Positions 48,601-63,212 of a stretch of 64,000 nucleotides of DNA are shown here, one piece after another; position 1 is the stretch's first letter, and every line of letters begins with the position of its first letter. Location: assembly GCA_030704615.1 (NCBI GenBank), contig JAKLZA010000360.1, positions 355-64,354 on the forward strand. Reading direction: 5' to 3'. Below the pieces are notes generated by a model. The model was not told the DNA's origin. It ran no database searches and saw only the letters and a program-made list of their open reading frames with translations. A program made the translations under genes and the position numbers. This DNA comes from Takakia lepidozioides. Its lineage: Eukaryota; Plantae; Bryophyta.

Positions 48601-51296
48601 ATGGTTAATAATCTTGCATGAGTTTGAGTTCGAGGTTATTTACAAGCCTGGCCGTTTGTATCTTGTGGCAGATCATTTGTCACGACTAACAACAGGAGAG
48701 GCCGCCACAGGAGTGGACGATCAGTTACCTGATGCGAGTTTATTTGTAATGGAGGTGCAAGGAAGTGCAGATGAATGGTTAGATTGGCAGTGGCCAATCA
48801 GATACTACCTTGCTCATGGTCAGTGCCCACCTAGTTATGGTAAGGAGCAGAGGAAGAGAATCGCTATCAAAGCTTTACCTTATACTATGGTAGGAAGCAG
48901 AATGTATAAGTTAGGACCTGATGGAGTACTAAAACGATGCTTGTACCACCATGAAGTAAATAAAGTTTTGGCGGAAGTTCATAAAGGAGTGGCTGGAGGT
49001 CATTTTTGGAGAAGAGACTACCAGTAGAAAGATACTACTCGCAGGATACTGGTGGCCTACTTTGTTCAAAGATGTACACGAGTATTGTCAGAAGTGTGAT
49101 GAATGTCAGAGGCTAGGACCTTTGCCAAGAACTGGAAGGATGGCCTTGCATCCTACAATGCCTACGGAACCATTTCAGAAATGGGGACTAGACTTTGTTG
49201 GACCAATTAACCCACCATCCAAGAATACACGAAACAGGTACATAATTACAGCCACTGATTATACTACAAAGTGGGTGGAAGCTAAAGCTTTGAGGGACAA
49301 CACAGCCAAGTCCACAGCAAGGTTCCTGTACGAGAACATACTTACACGATTTGGCTGTCCCTTAGAATTTATCAGTGATCAAGGAAGTCACTTCATGAAT
49401 GAGACCATTGAGTTGTTGACTAAAGAGTTTATGATTGTGCATAGAAAGAGTACAACATATTACCCGCAGGGTAATGGGCAGGCAGAGGCTACCAACAAAA
49501 TACTATGTACTATCTTGGCTAAGATAGTCAATGCAAACAGAACGGATTGGGATACAAAGCTGCTGACAGCTTTGTGGTCATACATGACTTCATATAAAGT
49601 CACCACTAAGTATACACCATTCCAATTAGTTTATGGTATGGAAGCCTTACTTCCATTGGAATTCCTGTTACCTACCATGAGAACGGAGTGGGGAAAAAGA
49701 ATGGAATTGCAAGACTCCATCAAGGTCAGGAAACATGAATTATACCATGTGGAAGAAGTACGTGCTGATGCAGCTGATAATATGACCAGAATTCAGATGA
49801 AGCGAAAGGAACAGTTTGATGAAGGCAAGTTAAAGACTTTTAAGACGGGGGATTTGGTTCTATGGTTGCAGAAGAAAGGAAAGATTCAAGCTTCTAAGCT
49901 TAAATCACCGTGGAAAGGACCTTATGTCATACAAAAGATGTATGATAACAACACCGCCATGTTACAAACCATTAACAAAGAAATGCTGGGAAGAGTCAAT
50001 GCAAATAAGTTGAAGGGGTACAGTGGTATCCATGACAAACCCCTGCAGCATGATTTGCATGTTGAACCGCAAGAGCAGTCACGGGCTGCACCAGTGTTAC
50101 GAACGGAGTATGGAACACTTGTCGCTAGGCCCAGCATATATGACCAGGGTGGGCAAAACAAACGTGATACATCCTATCACAGCCCATCAAGGCAAAACAC
50201 AGCCTATCACAGCCCATCACGACGTGACACAGCCTATCACAGCCCAGCAAGGCGCAACACAGCCTATCACAGCCCATCACGACGTGACACAGCCTATCAC
50301 AGCCCAGCACGGCGCAACACAGCCTATCACAGCCCATCACGACGTGACACAGCCTATCATAGCCCAACAAGGCACAACACAGCCTATCACAGCCCAGCAC
50401 GGCGCAACACAGCCTATCACAACCTACCACAACGTGTCACAGCCTATCACAGCTTACCACAGTGCATCACAGCCTATCACAACGTAACACAATATGACAC
50501 AGCCTGTCACAGCTCAACACAGCCTACTAAAGTTACACGATCCATAGAATCAGTGACAAGTGGACACATAATAACTTCAGGAAAATGGCTGAAGGAAGAA
50601 GAAACGGAAATTACTTTAAAAATAGACACGTGGAGGTCAGGGCGCGACACACAGCCGAGAATGAAGTGCAAGGACAGGTGTCAAAAAGAAAGAGGACAAG
50701 AACGGCCGTCAAAAGGGATGAAAGGCGGGCCCATTAATGAGTACGGAAAAAGGGAAACGGAACGAACGGCAAGTACAGAAAAGCCGAATTCTTGTCACAT
50801 GTGTGATCCTAGTGGACTATCCAACAGGGAAAGTCCACTAAAGAAGATAAAATCTAAAATCCAGTCACAGCGGATACAGCCAATAGAAAACCAGAGAAAG
50901 GATCAAGAAAATGGAGGGAAATTGAGCGCAAGAGGCGGCGTCGTTCTGAGTAACGGGCGTCTCGACAGGACAGACCATCAATGCTATACCTTGGAAACTA
51001 TGGAGGAACTAACAGACTATACGCTCGCAATATTACTTACGCAGTGGCATAGACACGAAAGGATAGAGCGGAGCTTTTCTCTTGAGCGATGCTTGCAAGC
51101 CCCGCAGGCTTACAAGAAATTACCCATAGCTTTCTGCGACAACCATACGTTTATGCTTTGTGCACTACAGGCATTCCTGCAGTTGTTACAGCCAAAACAG
51201 TTCTGTGAGTCTAAAATGAAGAGAGTGAGAGGAATGGAGGAAATCAGGGTGAAGAGCACCACGATTCTGCAGAAACAAACAATTGCTACCCCATAG
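45673..51296 (+). pseudogene. pol: gag C-terminus plus pol, with a +1 T frameshift near 49005
   Basis: ORFs 45686-49027 and 49062-51296. Confidence 0.95.
50166..50526 (+). repeat. 30-bp tandem repeat in the integrase tail (one unit longer than in unit 1)
   Basis: TAYHSP decapeptide repeats. Confidence 0.92.
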
Positions 51297-51323
51297 GCGA
51301 TACAGATACTGGAGGAGCTGAGA

Positions 51324-54300
51324 TTGCAAGGATTGCAAAGCCTAGATTGGACACTACACCATAGACAGTACATGTTACAATTTTTGCAGAACTTTGAGCC
51401 AAGGACAGGAACAACAACGGTGAGGGAGTTGAATTAATGATTACTCCCCTATACCTCCAGCAATTGTTTCGATTGCCAGCAGGTCAGGTGCATGTGGAGC
51501 AACACAGGGCAAGACTGCAAATAAAGGACTTATTCCAAGAAGGGAGTTTCTTTAAAACTCAGGGTTATGCTTGTACCAAGGCTGTGTACCCAGGGTTAAA
51601 AGAGGTAGGCCAGGTATTGAACGTTCTGATTGCCATGAAACAGAACCAACAGTATTTGAGCAGATCCTTCACGGAGGAAATACTCAAAGGCCTGAAGGGA
51701 CGAGAGGTACAATGGGCGGACATAATGTACAACGCACTGGTAGAGGAGATGAAAAGATTACAAGGTACTACCGCAAAGTCTCCTATAATAGTGTCTGGCC
51801 CAATCATTGCTCAAATAATCCTTGATTCTGGCATACTTAATGCGCAAGAAAGAAAGGAAATGGGAGTGTTTGAGCCAGAAACAACTGCAATGGAAGAGCA
51901 AGGCTCTTCACATAGTGAGGGTGGACTAGCAGGGCAACCCGAGACTAAGAGGCAGAGACGGGGAAAGACTGTAGTGGCGGATCCACTGGCTTCACGGATT
52001 CCGCATGATAATGTTTCCCAAGCTCATGGCCAGGAAGGGGCACAGCAGCACAGAGAAATGCTATTACTGGAAGCAGGACCTTCAGAGAGGGAGGAGGAAG
52101 TTACTTCTGCATCACAACCATCACAGCCACTTGAACGACTTGTCACAAGGTCACAAGTTATCCATGCAGCTCAACCAGAAATAATTGATTTGGAAAGTGA
52201 AGGGTTAGATATTCCAACTACAGAACAGATAGTGGCAGAAATAGAGAAGGGGGACCTTCTCTATGAATATTCTGGTCTGGTCAAGGAGACAGAAATCCCA
52301 GAGGTGCAACAGTTGCCCAAGGGAAATCCTGAGGTGCATATAATACACACACCTGTGTCGGAGGTACCACAGGCGGAAGGTCATGACACTGTAGCACCGG
52401 TGATAGATGAAGTAGTTCAGGAAGAAAATCCGGTGGGACAATGGCCTGAATGGTTAGTGAGACATCACACTGTTGAAGATCAGGAGGAACAGCAGCAACC
52501 TCACCATGATGACCCTCAACAGGCAATGCTGATGAGCTCCATAGGCAGGACACTTAATTTGTTGGGGACTTATGTCAAATCCCATGTTCCAATTACCCAA
52601 TTGACAGCCTTGAAAGAGGAACTCAGGAAGGAGTTTGAGGCTCGACTTGCCACTGAATGTGCAAACAAGGTAGATGAAGAGGTCACTCTCAAGATGAAGC
52701 AGGACTTGGGAAATACAGAAATGGCTTTGCAATTGGCCAAGCAACAATTGATTGAGGCAGGCCTCGCGCAAGACCAGTTGCAAGAAGCACATAAGCAACA
52801 GCTATACCAAATGCAGGTGCAGCATGAAAGCAAGTTGCAAGAACTGAATGCACTACATACGGAGTTGCAGACAGTGCATAACAGGATGGCGATACAATGT
52901 GCTACATTTACAACTATGCTTGACCAATCAACAAAAGAAATAAACAGTCAAGCGGAAAAATGTACGAAGGCAGAAGAAGAGAATGTTGAGCAAATGAAGC
53001 TCATTGTCGATATGAAAAAAACAATCTGTCGCAATGAAGATACTTTCAAGCAATACAGGCAGATTGAAGCTGATCAAGAAAAGCACATCGTGGAGTTGCA
53101 ACAAACCATCATGGCCAATAGAAATGAAATCGCGGTCAATAACAAGGCTTGGAAGGAAGCCAATAATCTACTTGCTGCTTATGCGCAATTGGTTGAACCT
53201 CAGGCGAAGCGCATGGAGGCTTTACAACAGCAGTTGAAATTGTACAAGCTAAGAGAGGAGCAAACTCTCAGGGGAACCACAAGCAACTTGGTGGATAACA
53301 GCCTTATGCAGGTCTGGTTAGCACAAGGACCAGTAGAGGGCAAAGCACCACGGAAGCTCACCCAAAGCGAGATGAATGAGCTCAGGCTGCAGGTGCAGAA
53401 CATTGCCACAACTACTATAGACAATGTCTATAGTAGGATAGTAGAGTTACAAGAGGATGTAGACGGACTCCAGACTCAAGTGGAAGAACTCACTTCAAAC
53501 ATCGACCAAAGAGTCTATATCCCTCAGGAACAGCTAATGGCTTCTTATTTACAAGCCAAAACTTTGGCTTTTCAGTCTTCACAGGAGGGGCAGGAGATGC
53601 CAATGATACAAGAGCCAGTACCACCACCACCACAACAAGTCACTGTACCAATAGCTGAACCTGTGGTTACTACAACCACACCACAGCCACCACAGCCGGA
53701 GGTATGGGGCAATGCCGCTTTTAACCCACCTAAAACTCCAGCTGCAAGGGAGTACAGTAGGGCTATGATTATGCCCTTCAACCAAATTCCCATCATGTTG
53801 GATTTGGCTTGGAAAGAATTTAGTCCTCCGCAATCATTCGCACATTACTACCAAATCATGCGTATATGGCTGCCAGTGGCAACTAGGACCAAAGTTCTTC
53901 CGAACAATCGACATATTGAAGATCATCACTTTGCACAATACTGGCACGAGGCAGGTACCATGTTGAGGGAATTGATTGCTTTCCAGGTTGTACATGGACT
54001 CATTTATACCAAGACCAAGGAGATAGCAAGTATTGTCATGGGGTGCGGGTTATACTACGCTGCTTGTTTTCTGGTACGATACCACATTGAGCAACAAAAG
54101 ATGCAAACACGCTTTCAAAGTTATTCCAGTGGAGATCATTGGGTATTACCTTCGGTGCCACCTCATATGTACCTATATGACCCAAAAGTTATGATGCAAA
54201 AGGATTCTCAAATTCGTTCATGGTTTCAAGCGGCCTGCAACCATTTGTCAACACAGAAATTCGGCATTGATGACATTTTCTATAAGGGACATGTGGCATG

Positions 54301-54766
54301 GAAATACTTGCACGCTGCACCAGTAATTGGTACCCCACTCACCTGGACAGACAAGGAGCTCAGTGTCTACACCAATTTTGTTGTTCAGCGGTTACACCAA
54401 GTTGTAAAATACAAACTTCCAGACATGGTAGGACAGCATTGTATGCCCCAGATGATTCCACAAAAAGTTCGAAAATTAAAACACCTGAGAGGCGATGAGG
54501 ATTCTGATACAACTGTTTCTTCACCGAATTCTTTTGACATGGGAGAAGACTATGCAATTCAGATGGAAGAGAAGAAGCGAAGGGGATCTCCTATGCCGGA
54601 AAGATTACCTCGATATCAGCCTCCAGAGGGCCTCACTTATCCAGGTAGTGATCAACCATCTCCGTCAACCAGAGACAGACCTCGGGCTCGTACACACAGT
54701 TCGCCAAGAAACTCTCAACGTCAAGAAGGTGCTCACTCACAAAGGTTTGCTAGTCGAAATCAGTAA
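51324..54766 (+). CDS. Large 3' extra ORF, unit 2 (1-bp loss near 51423)
   Basis: ORF 51437-54766 is nearly identical to 31318-34761. Confidence 0.8.
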
Positions 54767-54804
54767 ACCGTGAGGACACGGCTTTTTGAGGGGGGAAGGG
54801 GTAA

Positions 54805-55894
54805 TGTTAGAGGACTGTCGGGGACTTAGACACTTATACGGGATCTGTAGGGTACCCTTAATTTTTGCACAGACTGAGACCAACAGGAGCCTTAGGGGTG
54901 ACAGCAGCGCACTGTAGAGGGGGGTTACACAGCCCGTCACAGTCGTCACAGCCGACACAGCCAACACAGCCCGTCACAGTCGTCACAGCCGACACAGCCG
55001 ACACAGCCCGTCACAGTCGTCACAGCCAACACAGCCCACACAGCCCGTCACAGTCGTCACAGTCGACACAGCCAACACAGCCCGTCACAGTCGTCACAGC
55101 AGACACAGCCGACACAGCTGACACAGCCTGGCACAGCCACACAGCCAGTCACAGCCCGACACAGCCAAACACAGCCAGTCACAGCCCGTCACAGTTTCAC
55201 ACAGCCAGTCACAGCTTGACACAGCTGTCACGATCATAGGGAACGAAGAGTAGGACAGGGAACGACTGTGGGGAACAACACCTGCGAAGGGAACATGTTA
55301 GTTCACAGACGACGGTTAGTGAGGGAAACGGTTAGAACCGTGGATAGGAAGATAAAGGGAGAAACGGGGAAGAGAGGGATATCATTCGGAGGAGGACTTC
55401 TGGGTGATAAAGGAGAGAGGATATTCGGAGGAGGACTTCTTGGTCATGGAGGAGAGGGGATCGGGCAGAGATGAAGAACGGAAGTGAAGATAGAGAGATG
55501 ATGAATAGATGCTTGATATATGCAAGGCTGTAATGATATTGTAGAGGAGATTAGAGACACAATGGCTTCGGCCTGATACCTGATAAATCATAATCGGATA
55601 CTTTTACGATACAAACACACTGTGTAGAGAGATCTGAGTGAAGCTGTGGAATGAATGGATGAGTTGATGGAATCCAATAGATTGATAAAGCAAACTGATA
55701 CTTAATTATCAATGGTAAGATAGTTAACATGAATACCAAAAGGGAAACAAATAGGAAACACCCCCATGATACACTAGCTGTAGGTCATGATTGATTGTTC
55801 TGCGCGGGCTGAGTACTTAGAGATTTCCAACTCTTCAATCTTGGAGTTTCCGCCTCAAATAGCGAAGGGATGGGTGAGTAAAAGCCGCGCGACA
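54805..55894 (+). repeat. Complete LTR shared by units 2 and 3
   Basis: PPT at 54788-54801, TGT...ACA termini, PBS at 55897-55915. Confidence 0.9.
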
Positions 55895-56482
55895 TTTGGC
55901 GACCATACTGGGGACCTGGGACATGAACAACCAGATGTGACAGGCATCTGGTGGGATCATGGTGGTTGGACCATCAAAGAATTTGAAGTGAATCAAATTC
56001 CCTGTGGAACGAAGGAAGAAAGATTGTCCAAACAATTCTTTCAAAGGTTCTTGGAATTGCCAGACGGTTGTAAAGAAAATATTCTTAAACGAGTGCATGA
56101 TGCTGATCCAGAATGGGGTCTGGAGAAAGGAGTGATAAAGATTTATCAGGTAGCCTGTAGAGGAAGAGCACGTTGGTTACCAACATTGGTTTATGTGATA
56201 GCATTGCTATCCATTAAACGAGTAGAGTTTGAAGGCTGGGAAGAAAGAAAGGTGAATGTTTATACTCATATGCATGAAGAGCTGGTACTGGTAAAGAATT
56301 GGATTCCAAAGGATATTTTGTGGATCAAACTCACACCAAGAACAGCTTTTCAGACTTGTTTGCCATATGGTTATATGGTAACGGAGACTTCAAGTATAGC
56401 CAAGGGTGCATTGAAGCTTGAAAGAAACCCAGGCATATACGAGAGATATTACAGAAGAGAGTTTTGGTTATTGCCACATTAA
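55787..56482 (+). CDS. Extra 5' ORF (231 aa)
   Basis: Identical protein to 35782-36477. Confidence 0.55.
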   Translation: MIDCSARAEYLEISNSSILEFPPQIAKGWVSKSRATFGDHTGDLGHEQPDVTGIWWDHGGWTIKEFEVNQIPCGTKEERLSKQFFQRFLELPDGCKENILKRVHDADPEWGLEKGVIKIYQVACRGRARWLPTLVYVIALLSIKRVEFEGWEERKVNVYTHMHEELVLVKNWIPKDILWIKLTPRTAFQTCLPYGYMVTETSSIAKGALKLERNPGIYERYYRREFWLLPH

Positions 56483-56503
56483 AAGAAATGAAAGACATGG
56501 GAC

Positions 56504-58155
56504 ATGAGTGATGAAAGAGAAGCTAGACGACAGAGATATTCAGCAAAAAGAGAAAGCTATCTGAAAGCTAATTATCCATATCTTTGGGAGAGAGGAATAG
56601 ACATAGGGGAATCATCTGGACCTCTCACACCATCAAGATCAAAGAGTGCATCACCTATACCGGAAGAACTAGAGTTGGATGCCACTCCTTCTGTTTCTTT
56701 GCAAGAAAGATTAAGGGAATTGGTACAGGAAGAAGATCAATCACGAGGTGAAAGATCTGAGGTACATCCTTGGATAAAAGACTTGACAGAAATCTTTGAT
56801 AAGAGTTGGCATGGAACACCAAAAGCAGGAACTCCAGTTTCTGAAGCAGAAGGTGAAGAAGGAGAAGAGGATGTGGCAGAGCCAACGGAGAGTTCAGACT
56901 CTCCAACACCATTACAGTTGAGTTACATGAGTGAAGAAGAAACCCAAGGGCAGAACTTGGAGGATGAAAACAGAGAGAAGAAATTAGAAGAGGAAGAATA
57001 TGAAGAAGTAGACCCAACAGCTGAGGTTGAGACTACAACCAGGACATCCCAACCCGTTGGACCTGGATCAAGTGGAGCACTTGGATCACAGGCCAACGAA
57101 GGTGTCGGCTCAGGGGGATCAGGCGGGCTGCCTGGATCTGGCTCTGGGGGGACAGGGAGTGTGGGAAGTAGTGCAACTGAAGCTGGGAATACTGTGAATA
57201 TCGTGGGGCCAGAAGCAAAGAGTGCTCAAGGGCCACCACTTGGTGGAAGATCCACCACAAAAACAACAGGTCCAGAAGGACCAGCACCAACAAGGGTGCC
57301 AGCACCTGTCAGTGGGCAGAAGGTAGGGCCACGGATGGCGTTACAACCAACACGGGCAAAACCACCCTTTCCAATATATTCAGGAAAAGGGGATCCCGAT
57401 GTACACATTAGCCAATTTGAGCACATGTGTATAGTGAACAATGAGAATGGCGATGATGCCAAGATGAGACTGTTTCCTTGTTCACTTATCAAGAAAGCAA
57501 GTGAATGGTATGCAAGATTCCCTGATAATCATTTCCTAACCTGGAATGGCTTGAATACAGCATTTCGAAATAGGTTCAGGACAAGTAAAACTGAGGATGA
57601 AGTGTATGGAAGTTTACAACAGCTGAAGCAGAAGAAGCATGAAACTGTTGAAGAGTATATGGAGAAGATGGAATTGATGATGAAAAAGCTGGCTGCAGTA
57701 CCAGCGCCCGGTTTACAGAAGACTTGGTTTGTGAGTGGACTAAGACCAGAGTTGCAAAAGAAAGTGGACATGTTACCCCATAATACAGTGGAGGAGGCAT
57801 ATGAAACTGCGAACAGAATTGAGCAATTGGGAATGCTCAGGAGAGAGAAAAAAGAAGATGAGGACTCTGAGGATGAGTCAGATGAAGAAGAAGAGCAAGA
57901 ACTAAAAAGAAAGAGTAAGAGAAAGGAGAAGTTGAAGAGGGATAACTATGAAAAAAAATCGGAAGAAATCTTGAAGAAGTATGCCACAGAGGCTGCAACA
58001 CATTGGAGGAAGGGTGTATGGTGTGCAAAGTGCCAAAATGAAGGCCATACCACCACAGAATGCCACATGAAGGAGAAACACTGTACTATTTGTAAAATGG
58101 ATAACCATTCTACTGAGAATTGTTACTACAACAGAAGGACAGCTGCAAGAGAACC
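56504..58155 (+). pseudogene. gag: gag interrupted by MULE B3
   Basis: 556-aa ORF ending in the TIR. Confidence 0.92.
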
Positions 58156-58847
58156 GAGGTTTACTATTTCATGAGCGCATGAGCGCATGAGCCCATGAGC
58201 CTATGAGCTCATGAGCGGACATCCGCGGAATTGGAATTTTCCTGCCTTTATTGACGGTGTTATGTCCTCTTACCTCGGTAATAGGGTCTGTTTCTCCTGG
58301 TCCAGGATGCGGAATGAGGTATTTCGGCGCCATTATTCCCAAGAGCAGTGTGCTAAAATGGTGTTTTGAAGACATCCACCGGGGTATTTCGGCACCGAAA
58401 TTACCTCTTAAAATGTGATATAGTGCGGTATTTAATGGCGCAGAACGGGCTATTTGGGCGCCGAAATACCCAAGTGGAATGTGCTGAAGTGCCTTGTGCT
58501 GAAGGCTTCCATCGCGATATTTTGGTACAGTAATTCATTCGTGGAATTTTTGAGGCCCATATAACGAAGGCGCGCATTGGGCTATTTCGGCGCCAAATTT
58601 CCCAATATGAATGTTAGAAACGGCAGGGTTTTCATGGCTTCAAGTTCTCGGCTCGATGGTGTGCATAAATTACTTGTAGGGTTCTTCAATGAAGTTTGCG
58701 TCTCTTCTGCTTTTATTATACATTTTGGTTGGCGGAAGAAATGTAGGGAATCGGACAAGCAGTCTGAACACAATGATTTTTCAAATCGTCAATATTTTCA
58801 TTAAGTGTTTCAGAACTGTACAACAAAAGGATCCAAATGAGACTTTG

Positions 58848-60489
58848 CTATGGTGAGGATCCGCTATCACTGTCCGATGCATCCCCGGCCTCATGCAAGG
58901 ATGGCTGCCTTCCACCTGCCTCCGAACCTGCACTGCCGCTACCGCTGTTACTCTGAGAAGCCCTCCCCTCAAAAATACCATCCTCACCAGCCGGAACTGT
59001 CCACCTGGGTGCGGAAGTGTCCTCAACATTCCCCTCGCTCTCGGACGCAGATTCTATTACGAACTTCCCTACTCTGCCTTTCCCAATTCTATGTTTGGCC
59101 TCACGCCTCATTATAATTCTCTGCTCATTCCCGTATGTCAATTGCTCTAACCGAGTAGGCCTATCCTCCCTGCTGATGGCTTGTCTGCATAGGCTGGTAG
59201 AAGAAAAGGCTTATGGGGACTCGCGAGAAACGATTTTCTGGCAAAGAATGGCCGATGCGATTCTGTCTCTTCCTCTGCAACAGGGTCCGATTCGGGCAAG
59301 TCTCCCAGCTTCTCCTCGTCGGACGACTCTGCAAGGCTGAGTGTACGCACAAACGTAGAATGAAGTACATTAGAGAATTCAAACAGGGAATCATCGGCAG
59401 GTTGCATGGTCCCTACAACCGAAACCAATACACTTACTATGGTGCAACTCACTCGAAGACAGGCATTGGGGGAAGCGGCTTCGGGCGCCCCTGCATCGAA
59501 CGAATTTCCTGGACTTCCTCCTCTTCATCTTCCTCCTCCCCTTCCACGTCATCTTCTGCGTTTTTGGGATCCTCAGTCGGAGGCAAACGCTGAAGGCCCG
59601 CCAAATTGTAATCGTACAAGGCCGTATCCCCCTCAAATGAGAACACAAATCGGTTCGACATCCTTCCCGCCCACATACAGGCACCTGCAAATTCATACGA
59701 CACAACCACAACCAAACTCAAGAATGAGTCGCTTCCTCGCACAAGCAAACATACACAAACGGAAATGGTGTCAATTTTGGTGCCGCATTCAATTAACGTT
59801 CTCACCTGTATTTGCAGTGATGTCGAGGACCCTGCCTTCAACATCCGTACATGTTTCCATGAGCGTCTGGGATGAATGCAGGACTCCTGGTCCTGCCATA
59901 CCTCCATGGCTTGCCCGACAAATCACAAAGAATGTCCTTCTCTCCAACATGGTTGAACAGGACGTTATACTCCAGTGGATCAACTATGGAATCAACAAGT
60001 CTTCCTGTTTCACGTAATTTGAATTTCTAATGTTTCTTCACGAAGCAAAATGCCTGAAAGATAAGAGTCTGCAGAGAAGGAAATGTCCTGGAGGTTTTGC
60101 TCCTCCGCAAGCTCCAGCAGGTTCTGATCGTCGCCAAGTCGTACCACGTTGTCGTCCTCTCCTTCTGTCAGCTCAATGGGCCGCCCTTCTGCAGATCCAA
60201 CTCCCACATCTCCAGCGGCCTCCACCGCATCCGTGTTTTTTGAAATTGACTGCAAACCCAATATCTCTGCTTCCAGTCTCCCTAGGGGTTTTACTGGCGA
60301 AGCCATGGGCTCCTTCTGCTTCCTCGACTTCCGAACTCTAGGTGGGCTTTTCTGAGGCGATATCTGAGGTGTTGAATGAGGACTCGCCTGCCTCGATGCA
60401 CTTCCACCTTGCGAGCGCAGCACCCGGGCAGGAGTATCCAAAGTTGACTGTGTTGCTTCGCCCCCCTGCGATCCCTCCCCAGCTCCCAT
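58848..60489 (-). pseudogene. Deleted ParB-MTase homologue (B3)
   Basis: As in B2. Confidence 0.8.
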
Positions 60490-61166
60490 GTCAAACAAAC
60501 AGGAAAACATGAGACACTGCACGCAAAAAAAAAGGTTGTAAAAGGAATATTGCGTATGGAGTGCTTCACATCCGCAAAGCACGAATCTCTCACTGGTGGG
60601 CGATCCGAGTCTCCGAGGTCTACATAATGCATGAGGTCTACATTTCATGCATGAGACGGAGCTTAAGTCGTGTCGTCGGCGGCTTCCCAAAATCCCGCGT
60701 CCTCCTTCTCTTTGCCGGAGTCACCTGACCTTCCACAAACTCTATGCTACCACTATGCCGCATAAGGAGAGGAAAAGCAGGAGAATGTCACTGCAGAAGG
60801 GCAAGGAGCGAGAGAGCGAAGCGGTGGAACATGCAACCACTCTACACGAGCAGATGTGTAAGCAGCCACGTCTCCCGAAGCGTTGCCACCGTCCACCACT
60901 TTTTGCCGTATGGGTGATGAAGAGATTGTGACCCCTGACACGTTCGCACGGATGAAGTCGACTGGAACACGACGCGTGCCAGTTCCAGCCACCAGTACAA
61001 GATGGTTTATCCGAATTGCGGCACCGAAATACCTTCCGTTCACCGGATGCTGTTCCCGGAGCAGCCGACATTGAATGAAATATCCGCACATCATGAAACC
61101 CAACCGCCATGAAAATCCCCTGCCTATGACATTCAACAGTCAGGTCGGTACGTTTCATCAGCGGAC

Positions 61167-62840
61167 GGATGAATTTCGGCGCCGAAATTCATCCTATTCA
61201 AGTGCTTTCGTACACAAACTTACAAATTTCGGCGCCGCAATTCATCGCTTCCCAAGTCCTCATTCGTCATGAGCAAACCTGTCAGTGGGATATCGGAGCC
61301 GGAATTAATTCCGGAACAGTGGAAACGGCTGCACTTGGGCACATTTCATCCATATTTCGGCGCCGAAATTCATTACGAATATCTCCGTCCACGCGTACGA
61401 GGTGAGGTGAAATCATCCATATTTCGGCGCCGAAATTCATCCAGAGCGAAGACTAAATCGGCACCATGCTATGCTTTGCCGCCATCATTGCCCTGACGGA
61501 TGCTGTCCATGCCTGTTGGACTTGCCATTTCTGGACATTTAACTATAATTTCGGCGCCGAAATTATACTTTATGTGCGGCAACGTCCCGTGCGGAAAAAG
61601 ACCACTTAATGGATACTGTCGGTTTCAAATGAAAAAAACAGCTAAAATACAATTAATTTTGACAGAATGGGTTCAATATGCCGATTTCTCCATTAAATGC
61701 AGAATATTCCTGTTATCTTCGTCGGAACGGGGTATTTCCAACGATTTACGAAAAATTATATCATCCAGAAGCAAATAGTAAGTGTCGGGTTTGGACGAAT
61801 TTCGGCGCCGAAATTCATCCGTCGCATAGAAAATGTAATATTAGAGTTACTCATTGCGGACAGTAAGGATGAATTTCGGCACCGAAATTCATCCATTTCA
61901 AAGAAAAATAAATATTGGAGGGAGGCATTGATGAATTTCGGCGTCGAAATCCGGCGCTCAAACCCTGAAAAGAATTTGGAGGGATGGAGTCGGTTGAATT
62001 TCGGCGCCGAAATTCATTGATCGCGAAGAAAAAATAAAATTCGGGAGGACTTCGGATGAATTTCGGCGCCGAAATTCATTGCTCGCGAAGAAAACAATAA
62101 AATCGGGAGGAGGACTTCGGATGAATTTCGGCGCCGAAATTCATTGCTCGCGAAGAAAAAAAAAAATTCGGGAGGACTTCGGATGAATTTCGGCGCCGAA
62201 ATTCATTGCTCGCGAAGGAAAAAAAAAAAGTTCGGGAGGACTTCGGATGAATTTCGGCGCCGAAATTCATTGCTCGCGGAGAAAAAAATAAATTCGGGAG
62301 GACTTCGGATGAATTTCGGCGCCGAAATTCATTGCTCGCGAAAGAAAAAAGGAAAATTAGAAGGGAGGACTTGGATGAGATTCGGCGCCGAAGTTCATCT
62401 GTCAAAGAAAAAAAAAAAAAAAAAAAAAAAAAACTTCAGATGAATTTCGGCACCGAAATCCATCCGCAGGGCAGCATAATTAGGGTCGGAAAAGGAGATG
62501 AAGAATGAATTTCGGCGCCGAAATACATCCATTCTGCCGATTCAGGATTACTGTCATTCGGATGTCGGCACCGATATCCGGACACGTGGTGAATCACGAC
62601 TGTAATCAGGAACACATTCATCTGTATTTTGGCATCCAAATTCAACCCTCATGTGCAGAAACAATTTGATGAAGAAGATGTTCATCCGAATTTCGGCACC
62701 GAAATCCATCCGTTGGATGCTTGGTCAGTTTCATGAGGTGAACAAATTACTATTTCTGTCGCCGGAATTCATCCCCTGGCTTCCAAAGTTGTTACATGAC
62801 AGAGATATTCATCCAGATTTCGGTGCCGAAATTCATGGGA
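61167..62840. repeat. B-type palindrome cluster and ~62-bp satellite
   Basis: As in B2. Confidence 0.92.
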
Positions 62841-63212
62841 AGGCCTGATTTATTGTAGCCCAAGTGGTTGTTACATTACAATTCAGGCACCAAATATCCG
62901 ATGTGAACTTGCTGTTGTCGTCCGTTTTTGTAACGTACGTTACATACCTTCATCTTTACGTGCACTGATCACCCATCCTGTTGGATACGGAATCCTCCAG
63001 AAAATCATTTGTGTTATTAGGTAGGACACACTCTTCTCACTGCAGGACTTCGCTGCGGAGTGTACCGAGAGGTCATGTCTTCAACATGGACTCCCGTGTT
63101 TGGGTAAACGTGTACTTCCATCCTGATTCTCTGAAAGCTAAAATACGTTCCACGAAATCCAATTCCCAGTCGTCATCCTCCTCCCACGAGAAGCTCTTCG
63201 CCCCGCATACCG

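Larger units (their letters stand above)
34800..55894 (+). mobile_element. Ty3/Gypsy unit 2, LTR to LTR, with MULE B2 in gag
   Basis: Direct repeat of unit 1; offset to unit 3 is 20,005 bp. Confidence 0.95.
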
